A DNA stretch of 64,000 bases, from positions 14,957-78,956 of the forward strand of contig DAOORA010000002.1 of the NCBI GenBank assembly GCA_035389045.1, given 5' to 3'. Position 1 is the first letter of the stretch; the number at the start of each line of letters is the position of its first letter. The notes under the pieces were generated by a model that saw only the letters and a program-made list of their open reading frames with translations, ran no database searches and had not been told where the DNA came from. The DNA is from Bacteroidales bacterium (GTDB lineage Bacteria; Bacteroidota; Bacteroidia; Bacteroidales; CAIWKO01). This document shows, one piece after another, positions 7,360 to 16,360 of the stretch. The translations under genes were made by a program, and so were the position numbers.

Positions 7360-10320
7360 ATGACACTTGTACAGGAAATGGATAAAGGGATTGGGTTACT
7401 TCATAAAGAGAAAAGATTCGAAGCTGCCAGAAAAATTTTTGAAGAAATAAGAAGCGAAACGAATAAAATGAGCGATGAAGATCAAATTGAATTTCATTTG
7501 AATTATGGCATTTCCTTAGAATTTTTTCTGTCTTTTAATAAGGCTGCAAAAGAGTATAATAAAGCCATTTACTTGTTTAAAAAAATCAGAGGTACAAATA
7601 ACTTCTATTATGTCTCAATTATATTAAGGTTGGCCGGGGCATATTGTAAATTAAACCAATATAATAAGTCAAAAAAACTATTTGGCGAAGCCGTTGAAAC
7701 CGCAAAGGTCTTATTTGAAAACTGCAAGGGTGATAATGATGAATGCAAAGAAATTTATATCATTGCCTTAACTGAATTTGCGATGTTTTACAGGAATACC
7801 CTGGACTACAAGACATCTCAACGCTTATTAATTAAAGTATTTTTCATATTAGGGAAAATAGATGAAAAAAATTATGATGAATATATACGGGTGCTGGATA
7901 ATCTTGCTGAGATATTATGTTTTCAGGGCAAATTCAGCGAAGCTGAAAAGAAATACCTGGAAACATTGAGTACCTTAGAGATTTTATATGGCAGGAAAAG
8001 CCTGTATGCTAAAACACTTATTTTTTTAGCCGGACAATACCGTATTAATAATTATTATGCGAGAGTCGAGCAATTATTAACAGAAGCATATGATATTTTA
8101 TCAGAGTTACAAGACGTTAATAATCCTATTAATAGAATTATCATAACAGATCTGGCTGTGTATTATTTTGAAATGGGTCAGTTTGATAAGGCAAAAAAAA
8201 TTATTTTAAATGAGATTAATCAAAACAAATTCCTCCTGAAAAATAATCCAATGATTTATTCAGGAAATTTGTTACTACTTGCAAATTTATATATTAAAAC
8301 AGATCAATTCAATAAGGCAGATATACAGTATAAAAAAGCATCTAAAATTCTAAGAAGAGATTCGTCAAATCCTCTATATGCAAATGTTTTAGGTGACATG
8401 GCTGAATTAAGAAGGAAGACGGGAAATTACGATGAGGCTGTTTTATTTTGCAGGAAGGCGATGATTTTAAGAAAAAATATATTTGGAGAAAAACACCCGG
8501 AATATGTTTTTAGCTTGAATAGCGTTGCTCTGATATACGATACAATGAAAAAATACAGGGAAGCCGAGACATTATATAAATGCGCGATCAATACAGCCTC
8601 GGAGATCAGGATGGAAAACCATCCCGATTTCGCCAATATACTGAATAATCTGGCGATACTGTATTACAAAACAGATCGAACAACGATGGCATACAAGTTA
8701 TATAAAAAAATAAACCTATGTCTTCTTCAACAGTTAAAGAATAATTATGAATTCCTTTCTGAATCTGAAAGACAACAACATTTTATTACTGTAGCGCACT
8801 GTTTTGAAATATTTAATTCTATTGGCCTGAATATAAAAAAAGACAAATCGTTTTTTGGTCATTCTTATGACAATGAACTTGCTTTAAAAGGAGTACAACT
8901 GCTTTCATTTGTTCAAATGAAAAACAGTATTTTCAGGAGTGGTGATATCAGGCTGGTTGACACTTTTAATAAGTGGCTTTTGCTAAAACGACAGATGACG
9001 GAATTCAATCTTGGGAAACTTGATTCTGTTTTCTTCGACGTTTCTGAAACTGAGGAAAAACTTACCAGGTATGAAAAAGAACTTCTTAGAACCTCTAAAA
9101 GTTTTAAAAAAGCACAAGTTTCTTTTGACTGCAAATGGGGACATATCCAAAAGGCACTAAAATCTGATGAGGCCGCAATTGAATTTATCCGTTTCAATTA
9201 TTTCAATGGATTAGAATATACAAAAATTATAAAATATTGTGCCCTGATAATTCTTCCGCAGAAAAGATTTCCGCTAATGGTTGAGCTTGCTACAGAGGGG
9301 GAAATTATCAAGCAGATTCCCTATATATGGAAAACAGATTTCCCGGATTTAAATAATTTACAAAAATTATATGATCTGATTTGGGAACCAATAGATATAA
9401 AAATAAAAGGTGTAAAAACTATTTATTATTCACCTACTGGTGTATTACTGTATGTGCCTTTTAATTCAATTATAACCCGCAACAACACCCTGCTTGGAAA
9501 TGAATATGAGTTTCATCAGCTAAACAGCACACGTGAAATATTGCATCTGCAAAAAAATAAAAAAGACATCATGATAAAAGATGCAGCTTTATTTGGCGGG
9601 ATTCAATATGAAATAAAGTGTAAAAATCAAAAAAAAGAAACAGTGACACTGCTTCAAAATACAGGCGACTTTCAATCCTTACCATGGACATTACATGAGG
9701 TTCATAGTATTGGAAGTTTATTAAAAAAATGTAAAATCAAAACGATATCTATAAAAACCGGAGTAAAAGCCACATCTAAATCATTTTTATCGATAGAAAA
9801 AAAAGAAAAATCACCGGAATTAATTCATATTTCCACTCACGGATACTATTTTCCTTCAAATAAGAATTCATCTGAGGGCAATTTATATATTACATCAGCA
9901 GACCCACTAATCAGATCTGGGTTAATAATGGCCGGCGGTAATGTAACCTGGAGAGGAGGAAAACTTCCGCAGGTATTTAACTCTGGTGTTTTAAGCGCGA
10001 GAGAAATATCCGAAATGAATCTGAGCAATACCAAATTGGTTATTCTTTCAGCATGCAAATCAGGAAGAGGAGATATAAGGGATTATGAAGGAGTTTATGG
10101 ATTACAACGGGCATTTAAAATGGCTGGTGTTCAGAATTTGATAATTGCTTTATGGGAAATTGATCAGTACACGTCAAGGCATTTTATGGAAAGATTTTAT
10201 TTAAACCTGATCGTCTTAAAAAAACACCTGAGAGCTGCCTTTATAAAGACGATAAATGAGATCAGGCAAGAATACAATGAGCCCAAATACTGGGCTGGTT
10301 TTATACTGATTGAAGGCTAA
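7360..10320 (+). CDS. TPR-repeat protein with a C-terminal CHAT (caspase-like) protease domain
   Basis: 986 aa. The N-terminal ~450 aa carry many TPR-like repeats (e.g. YANVLGDMAELRRKTGNYDEAVLFCRKAMILRK; FANILNNLAILYYKTDR). The C-terminus has the CHAT hallmarks ELIHISTHGYYF (His, codon ~827, nt 9838-9840), KLVILSACKSGRGD (Cys, codon ~899, nt 10054-10056) and GLQRAFKMAGVQNLIIALWEID. It is divergent from the Hsp70 operon. Confidence 0.8.
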   Translation: MTLVQEMDKGIGLLHKEKRFEAARKIFEEIRSETNKMSDEDQIEFHLNYGISLEFFLSFNKAAKEYNKAIYLFKKIRGTNNFYYVSIILRLAGAYCKLNQYNKSKKLFGEAVETAKVLFENCKGDNDECKEIYIIALTEFAMFYRNTLDYKTSQRLLIKVFFILGKIDEKNYDEYIRVLDNLAEILCFQGKFSEAEKKYLETLSTLEILYGRKSLYAKTLIFLAGQYRINNYYARVEQLLTEAYDILSELQDVNNPINRIIITDLAVYYFEMGQFDKAKKIILNEINQNKFLLKNNPMIYSGNLLLLANLYIKTDQFNKADIQYKKASKILRRDSSNPLYANVLGDMAELRRKTGNYDEAVLFCRKAMILRKNIFGEKHPEYVFSLNSVALIYDTMKKYREAETLYKCAINTASEIRMENHPDFANILNNLAILYYKTDRTTMAYKLYKKINLCLLQQLKNNYEFLSESERQQHFITVAHCFEIFNSIGLNIKKDKSFFGHSYDNELALKGVQLLSFVQMKNSIFRSGDIRLVDTFNKWLLLKRQMTEFNLGKLDSVFFDVSETEEKLTRYEKELLRTSKSFKKAQVSFDCKWGHIQKALKSDEAAIEFIRFNYFNGLEYTKIIKYCALIILPQKRFPLMVELATEGEIIKQIPYIWKTDFPDLNNLQKLYDLIWEPIDIKIKGVKTIYYSPTGVLLYVPFNSIITRNNTLLGNEYEFHQLNSTREILHLQKNKKDIMIKDAALFGGIQYEIKCKNQKKETVTLLQNTGDFQSLPWTLHEVHSIGSLLKKCKIKTISIKTGVKATSKSFLSIEKKEKSPELIHISTHGYYFPSNKNSSEGNLYITSADPLIRSGLIMAGGNVTWRGGKLPQVFNSGVLSAREISEMNLSNTKLVILSACKSGRGDIRDYEGVYGLQRAFKMAGVQNLIIALWEIDQYTSRHFMERFYLNLIVLKKHLRAAFIKTINEIRQEYNEPKYWAGFILIEG

Positions 10321-10389
10321 ACCCAAATTAAGCAATACTCTGAATGACCTTTTGGCAGATTCTCACACTATTGTTGCTTAATTTGGGTT
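10320..10389. repeat. Perfect 16-bp inverted repeat (possible bidirectional terminator or structured element)
   Basis: AACCCAAATTAAGCAA (10320..10335) and TTGCTTAATTTGGGTT (10374..10389) are separated by ~38 nt. The element starts in the CHAT gene stop codon and lies between convergent genes. Confidence 0.45.
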
Positions 10390-10418
10390 AAATTATCATT
10401 TTCGACCTGTCGTTTTTC

Positions 10419-10814
10419 TTACCAATTATTGAACAAATGCTTATTTTTTAAATCTTCTGCTGATATATCTGAATTTCTGCAATAACTAATAATTGTTATT
10501 AAGACGATTGAATACAAAACCGATGATACCATACCAAACCAGAAAATCATGTCAGTGTACCAGATATGGTTGATCTCCGGAAACCAACTATTGAAAAAGG
10601 CAGGAATAAAAACATATTTTACTAACAAAAAATAACCAATCTGACCTATTAAGGGAAAGAAACCTGTAACAAAAGATATTATACCAACAATGGTATTATA
10701 AACAAAAATAATCACAATGGCATCCCGAAAAGGAAAAAATAAGAATGCCAGGGCCATAATAGCCAGGCCGGTGACAAAATTGAAAGTCTTGATTTTTCTG
10801 ATTGTTGTTTCCAT
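10419..10814 (-). CDS. Small integral membrane protein
   Basis: 131-aa ORF with about four long hydrophobic segments (e.g. FVTGLAIMALAFLFFPF; IFWFGMVSSVLYSIVLITII). No recognisable motif. Confidence 0.4.
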   Translation of the reverse strand: METTIRKIKTFNFVTGLAIMALAFLFFPFRDAIVIIFVYNTIVGIISFVTGFFPLIGQIGYFLLVKYVFIPAFFNSWFPEINHIWYTDMIFWFGMVSSVLYSIVLITIISYCRNSDISAEDLKNKHLFNNW

Positions 10815-11168
10815 GGCTTAACATTTTAAGGTTAATAATATTGGGCATGTCTATCATATAATACTGATGTAAGCCTGAAAATTCACAAAATATTGAAAAA
10901 AAATGCAGCACTGTAATTGTATTAATGTTATCCTACTGACGAAAAAAGGATAACGTAATCATCATCCCAAAATACCTAGCTGAATTATCGAATTTATCCG
11001 TAAATTTGAGGAAGTTATTTTGAACGTTTTACATAGGAAAAACATCTAATAATTTCTGTCTATAAATAACTTTAAAAAAGTTCTAATCAGACATGGCCGT
11101 CTGAGGATCTAAATATCGCCCGTTTCAGCAATAATGATCTCATTACGAAGGCAAAAATGTATGATCGT

Positions 11169-11660
11169 TTATAATATTTGTTTAAAATATTTTTCCGGCA
11201 TTTCAAGTATTATTTTTGACCCTGTCAATGCGGCATCTATATCAGCAGAAAGAACTTTCAGCCCGGTTTTTTTTATAACATCTATTATTATCCCTTCAGG
11301 CAATGCCTTTCCGGTCAGATAAATACCTTCAGAACAGATTTTTTTAGTGAACCGCGAAGGAGTATTTTCAAGAATATTCTTTATTACTGCAATCACTCTC
11401 AAATTTATTTCTGCCACCCTGGGTAATGTTTTACAGTAAATAATTGTACCATTGGCTATAACACCAAATTCAATAAAATTTTCTTCGAAATTTAGTATCA
11501 TGTTTCCTTGATCATCAAAGGCATCAATGTCAAACCCCACAGCTGCCGCCATTAAAGTATAGATAATTAATACCTGTTCCGTTTTATTATTTAATAAAGC
11601 GTTTTTTATTTCTTTTATTTCAATGTCATTCATACTGCAGGGGATAAGAAATGTTTTCAT
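11169..11660 (-). CDS. Hypothetical protein; weak resemblance to the C-terminal half of actin-fold ATPases (MreB/Hsp70 superfamily)
   Basis: 163-aa ORF. The segment EGIYLTGKALPEGIIIDVIKKTGLKVLSADIDAALTGSKIILE resembles the MreB C-terminal block (G-vLTGGGALL..L...l.eetg.pV.vaedP...va.G). No N-terminal phosphate-binding half is present. Confidence 0.3.
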   Translation of the reverse strand: MKTFLIPCSMNDIEIKEIKNALLNNKTEQVLIIYTLMAAAVGFDIDAFDDQGNMILNFEENFIEFGVIANGTIIYCKTLPRVAEINLRVIAVIKNILENTPSRFTKKICSEGIYLTGKALPEGIIIDVIKKTGLKVLSADIDAALTGSKIILEMPEKYFKQIL

Positions 11661-11702
11661 ATTAACTGTTTAAATTATTTTAAAGACATCGAATAACTAA
11701 TG

Positions 11703-12247
11703 CTAATGAAAAATGTCGATTTTGTTATAATGTACTTCGGGATACCCACATATTAATGCACAAATGATTGGAATTGCTATCGTTAAAATAATTAGAATAC
11801 ATATGGTCAAAACATATAGACTTTCTTTTACTTTTTTGGTCAGATAAAAAAGCCCGAAAGCTGGAAATACTGCGCCAAAAAAGGAAACAATCAAAGCGGA
11901 TTTAATTTGTATTGTAGTGTCTAAAGGCATCCTGTTCCTATACCAAACAGCAGACAGTGATCCGTATGGGTTTTCATTAGCGTTTTTCCAACCAAGTATG
12001 AAAAAAAATCCAAAAACAATAGCTCCAATTATTATAAAATAATATTGATATCGTTTTTCTGAAATACCTTTTTTTTAATGATTAACAAAACCAAAAAAAC
12101 AATTACCCCGAAAAAAAATCCGGTCCACAATGAAATACCATATGGTATCCAATAATGATAAAATAAAAACGATGATAAAATCCCGGCAGAAAAAAAACAA
12201 CAAATCCCCGAAACAACAAAAAAAATCAATTGTCTAAAATATTTCAA
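11703..12247 (-). pseudogene. Multi-pass membrane protein gene apparently split by a frameshift at an A8/T8 homopolymer
   Basis: Two hydrophobic ORFs are listed (12032..12247 and 11703..11930). The gap between them is open and hydrophobic in the downstream frame (...YYFIIIGAIVFGFFFILGWKNANENPYGSLSAVWYRNR-MPLD...). One extra A in the run at 12069..12076 would fuse everything into a ~180-aa membrane protein. Confidence 0.35.
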
Positions 12248-12414
12248 TTATTATTGTTTTAACTGATTTAAGAATTCTTATTAAAATGTTTAGCAGCGCA
12301 TACTGCAACATATTTTATTTTCATTTTTGTAAAACCATGAAATTTGTGAAATTCGAAAATATTAAACTTTGCTAATTATTTGTCATTTTTTCCCGCAATT
12401 CAATTAATTTGTAT

Positions 12415-13236
12415 TTACTGTTGTATCAAAATTACTACCCTTGCATTTACATTTAAAACTTGCGAACCATTTTTATACTCTCTTAATGGTTCATTCCAAA
12501 ATTTATGTCCGGAAATAATCAAATTTGGTGGCGAATTTTCAATAGTTTTCGTTATCTCAATATTGCCTTTAAAGTTATCGAATTCGTAATCTGGTGTTTC
12601 GTGCAAAATCATTATGTCAGGTTTATCAGCAAGCATTTTCTTTAAACTTGAAAGATAATCACATTCATCAACTCTATTAGGTTTCAAAATATTGCCAATT
12701 ATTCCACTTATTCCTGAAATTTGAAGGCCATCTATTAATTTTGTGGTCTTGTGCAAAATGAAAATATTTTCTTGTTGTTTAAAGCGTGTCTCATCTAATT
12801 TAGTAATTCCGATTTTGTCGTGGTTTCCGTTTACACCAACGACCCATTTAAAATTATTTCTAAAATTAATATATACTTGTCTTACATCTCCGTAACCGCC
12901 ACGTTTATGAAGTGTTGCATATAAATCGCCGGCTAAAATCACACCTACTCTATTAGGTGAAATATTAAATTCTTTCTCAAATAAATTTCTTAAATATTCC
13001 GCAATTTGTTCTCCTAATAGTTTTGATTCTCCATTATTTTCCAGGTTTCCTTGCAGGTCAGAGGCGATAATCAACGCATCTATATCTTGTGATTTCCAAT
13101 TGAAAAATCCTTGGTGTATTGGCAAATATACATCCTTAATTATTCTGCTTCCATCATAATTACTATCGCGACGAGAGCCAACACATTTGTAAGAAAATGT
13201 ATTGAATGGAATTGTATCAATAGAAATTATCTGCAT
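12415..13236 (-). CDS. Calcineurin-like metallophosphoesterase
   Basis: 273 aa with ordered metallophosphoesterase motifs: ALIIASDLQG (variant of DxH), ILAGDLYA (GDxx), VGVNGNHD (GNHD), MILHETP and IISGHKF (GH). Confidence 0.65.
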   Translation of the reverse strand: MQIISIDTIPFNTFSYKCVGSRRDSNYDGSRIIKDVYLPIHQGFFNWKSQDIDALIIASDLQGNLENNGESKLLGEQIAEYLRNLFEKEFNISPNRVGVILAGDLYATLHKRGGYGDVRQVYINFRNNFKWVVGVNGNHDKIGITKLDETRFKQQENIFILHKTTKLIDGLQISGISGIIGNILKPNRVDECDYLSSLKKMLADKPDIMILHETPDYEFDNFKGNIEITKTIENSPPNLIISGHKFWNEPLREYKNGSQVLNVNARVVILIQQ

Positions 13237-13495
13237 TTATCAATTAATCTGTATGTATTTATATTCAGATAAATATGAATTTTTGAAATTAACGCAAACA
13301 AATTGGCGGGGGGTTTATGTTGTGGATATAGAAACAGTATCCTGCCAAGATTTACGAAAGTTGTATTAGATGCAGAAACGTTCGACCCCGCATTATCTCG
13401 GCAATTAAATAATCCGCCTGTTGAAGCGCCCCTCCGTCTGCGAGACAGAAAATGACTAACATTACTATGCTTAGATTGATTGTTTTTACTGAATA

Positions 13496-15208
13496 TTAAC
13501 ACCAATATCTTTCAATACAGAAGTCAGCTAAAACAGTTGTTCTCTTCTGCAGATCATCCTTGACAAATTTATTTTTGCTAGCAATTTCAGAAGAAAGATT
13601 CTTTGTCATTATAAAAAGGGATTTATCGTAGAACGGAATCTTACTAAGGGGAACAAGATTCTGGCATGCGGAGTTGAGCTTCTTTTCAAGAATTGTAAGG
13701 TTTCCAAACTTATGCTCGTAAGACAAAAAGTCTTCATTATCATTAAAACCTAATGCAACTGGTGAAAAATTTGGAGTTTGAGCTAAAATATGTTCTATCG
13801 CTGGTTCTGACTCCATAAATTTCATCAAATCATTAAGTGAGTATGACTTTTTTATTATTTTTTCACAATATTCAATGAAAACACCTCGCATTAATTGCGC
13901 ATTGCCATACATATTACCAAGAAGATTTGAACGGAATAAATCTTTTGGCATCCATGCAGCATTAAACCACCGCATCCAGTTTTCAATTTCTATTTCATTT
14001 TTAAATTGGATTTCATAAACGAAATCAGCAATATTACGCTTAGGATCGGTACCTCTAGTTTTATAGACTCTCACATCAATAAGTTCAATCAAATCAAAAA
14101 ATGTGTAATTCTGATCAGAGGGTAGTGCATTATCCAAAATACCTTTTGATTCCAACTTAATTACCAATGGATATAAACGTGCAGATAAATTAAGAATACA
14201 GAAAAGCTTATAGTACTTGACATTATTTGTTACACGTTCAATGACAGATTTGCAGCATTGGAAAAAATTGAACAAGCTAGATACATATTGCGTAATATAT
14301 TTTTCGACTTCAGATTTGAACAATACATTATCAGCAGTCATGTGTTTTGTTCTAAGGTCCGATAAGACTAATTTCAAATTTCTTAAAACATGTTCAGCAG
14401 TAGGGTCATAATCTCCATTATTAAAAGTTACAAAATGATATCTAAGGAGAGAATCTTCTGTAAAATTAACGTTACTAATAAGGTTAATACTATATTCTTC
14501 ACCTAAATGTTTTATGTCATCGTAAAGTTCGAAGATATCGCTAAAACTATTATTAATAGAATCGTCCAACTTCTTATCAAGGTATCTGTTTGAAAAGTAA
14601 ATAAGCAAACTTTTAACCTTTTCCATATTTGATAATAATTTACCTCTATCATTAACAGTCTGAAAAATTCTTATTGCATCCCCTTCTGAATTTTCGATAA
14701 AAACCATAATTTCAAGCTGTTCTATTGCACGGAGAAATTCCAATTTATTATTTAGCATGGACACCCGTGCTTCTATTTCGGTGTATGCTTCAAGCAAGTA
14801 CCGCTGACTTTTGTTTTCAGGTTTATTCTTAATTCCATTTATCAGGTCATTAAAAAATTGACTATCCCTATTCATGGGAACTAAACGATAATGATTTGAT
14901 TCTCTAATGTAAAACCTCTCATAATAATATTTATCATTTGAGCTAAGGTTTTTAATGATTGAATTTAAAATAAGAGTCAGTGTAGTAATTCGCTGCTGAC
15001 CATCAACGACGTAATATATTGAATCGTCATCTTTGCATTTTGATAGAACAATTGTACCTATATAGTGCGAAGTGCCAGATTCAATAGCTTCATTAAGGTC
15101 ATCAAATAAATCACGTACATTGTTTACTTCCCACGCAAAACCTCTTTGGTATTTGGGAATTTCAAAAAAACGACGATTAAAAAAATCGGAAACTTTTGTG
15201 CTTGACAT
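13496..15208 (-). CDS. GmrSD-like type IV restriction enzyme (DUF262 N-terminal, DUF1524 C-terminal)
   Basis: DUF262 hallmarks: FEIPKYQRGFAWE and YVVDGQQRITTL. The C-terminal His-Me-like block is AIEHILAQTP ... KFGNLTILEKKLNSACQN, typical of DUF1524. I prefer the Met-32 start (MSSTKVSDFF), by frame arithmetic at 15208, because the first 31 codons of the track ORF are AT-rich leader. Confidence 0.8.
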   Translation of the reverse strand: MSSTKVSDFFNRRFFEIPKYQRGFAWEVNNVRDLFDDLNEAIESGTSHYIGTIVLSKCKDDDSIYYVVDGQQRITTLTLILNSIIKNLSSNDKYYYERFYIRESNHYRLVPMNRDSQFFNDLINGIKNKPENKSQRYLLEAYTEIEARVSMLNNKLEFLRAIEQLEIMVFIENSEGDAIRIFQTVNDRGKLLSNMEKVKSLLIYFSNRYLDKKLDDSINNSFSDIFELYDDIKHLGEEYSINLISNVNFTEDSLLRYHFVTFNNGDYDPTAEHVLRNLKLVLSDLRTKHMTADNVLFKSEVEKYITQYVSSLFNFFQCCKSVIERVTNNVKYYKLFCILNLSARLYPLVIKLESKGILDNALPSDQNYTFFDLIELIDVRVYKTRGTDPKRNIADFVYEIQFKNEIEIENWMRWFNAAWMPKDLFRSNLLGNMYGNAQLMRGVFIEYCEKIIKKSYSLNDLMKFMESEPAIEHILAQTPNFSPVALGFNDNEDFLSYEHKFGNLTILEKKLNSACQNLVPLSKIPFYDKSLFIMTKNLSSEIASKNKFVKDDLQKRTTVLADFCIERYWC

Positions 15209-15328
15209 GATAAGTGATTTTTTACGGTTATTATGCACGAATATATAAATAATTATCGTGATGTAGTATTTAATAATAATTGTTTTTATAAATACGGTCA
15301 TTCATCAGTAAAATCCAATTCCGAAAGT

Positions 15329-15452
15329 TCAATATTCTTTGCGGATTTGCCTGGTTTTATTGGATTTTTTCTCTTTCGTTTTCTTCTTCTCCCACAGCCC
15401 CGCTGCCACTTCCTCCTCATGTATCTTGTTGTTCAACTCCAGCAGGTATATT
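15329..15452 (-). pseudogene. Remnant of the C-terminal ~40 codons of a second DISARM-type methyltransferase gene
   Basis: The minus-strand translation ...YLLELNNKIHEEEVAAGLWEKKKTKEKKSNKTRQIRKEY* matches the C-terminus of the 1356-aa MTase (RLLELNHKIHEEEVAAGLWEKKKNKEYKNKK...). The 66-nt core 15381..15446 differs at only 4 positions from 16452..16517. Confidence 0.65.
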
Positions 15453-15512
15453 TTACAAGTTAAACATATCAAAACCAAAAAGATTCTTATTTGGATCAGT
15501 ATGATCCTCTTT

Positions 15513-16355
15513 TTAACTTTTCATCTTTAAATCTTCATAATACTTACCATACGATTCCATGAACTTATTATAGCTCACAAGGTCTTCAAGTTTCTGACGC
15601 ATTTGAGGTTCCTTGTTAACATTGAAATCTGACGCATATATCCTATCTGCAACCAGACGCAACGCTTCCAGCCTGTTTTTAAGGGTTGGATGCTTAAACG
15701 TAAAAGTGTATTGCCAGCCTTGTGAGAAAAACTCTGATATTTCCTTTTCTGTGCTCTGTCCCGGGAATATTCGATGAACAAGTGCATCCTGTTTATTAAA
15801 ACAATCTTCGTATATATTAATATCATGGGTCACAAAAAAAGAATAGCGATCAGCATTGTATTCATTTAAATGAGTCAGAATATGGGAAAGAGTAATAAAC
15901 CGAAATAAGGAATCCCGATCACTGGCATAAAATTTTGCAAACAGGTCAGTATAGTTTGCCGGATTCACAGGCATAAGAAAAATGCTATGTCCGATTTCAT
16001 GCGCTACTATTGATAAGGTTTCGACCTCATTAAACGTTTCTAAAAAAAATGAATGGTAATAGATGTAAGAGCAATCAGGAGAGGAGAAACACGACATTAT
16101 GCTATTTGAATGCTCATTTATATCTTCTAATACAACGAATTTTGTACTGAGATTTTGTGTATTGATTATTTTATTTACTGCTTTTAAAACAGGATTTTCT
16201 ATATCTGAAATAACTTTTCTGTTTTCCCTAAGACCAATAATAGTTGGTTCATCGCCAATGAGTTTTTCAAAGCTTTTACCCGATTTAATTGTCGGTTCCA
16301 ACTCATAATATTCCCAGAGTTTCTTTTCAATATCCAAAATGAAATTGTCGAACAT
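15513..16355 (-). CDS. M48-like zinc metallopeptidase, soluble
   Basis: 280 aa. The zinc site is LSIVAHEIGHSIF (HExxH). NEYNADRYS downstream resembles the M48 ExxAD third-ligand region, and KHPTLKNRLEAL resembles the HtpX-type sHPpl.eRi..L motif. No TM segments. The start lies 6 nt after the MTase stop. Confidence 0.6.
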   Translation of the reverse strand: MFDNFILDIEKKLWEYYELEPTIKSGKSFEKLIGDEPTIIGLRENRKVISDIENPVLKAVNKIINTQNLSTKFVVLEDINEHSNSIMSCFSSPDCSYIYYHSFFLETFNEVETLSIVAHEIGHSIFLMPVNPANYTDLFAKFYASDRDSLFRFITLSHILTHLNEYNADRYSFFVTHDINIYEDCFNKQDALVHRIFPGQSTEKEISEFFSQGWQYTFTFKHPTLKNRLEALRLVADRIYASDFNVNKEPQMRQKLEDLVSYNKFMESYGKYYEDLKMKS

Positions 16356-16360
16356 AGTAA

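Noticed and set aside
10696-10911. 71-aa minus-strand ORF overlapping the 131-aa membrane-protein gene
   Set aside because: It is an alternative frame over the same DNA, and the 131-aa frame has the coherent TM-helix pattern.
13306-13391. GC-richer intergenic segment with GCGGGG...CCCCGC long-range complementarity and a GTTCGACCCC T-loop-like string; considered as a tRNA or tRNA fragment marking an island end
   Set aside because: I could not fold it into a cloverleaf: there is no D-arm or T-stem pairing, and the 17 nt before the putative acceptor strand do not form a T-arm. It does not match the tRNA-Ala 3' end. ORF 13227..13505 over it looks spurious.
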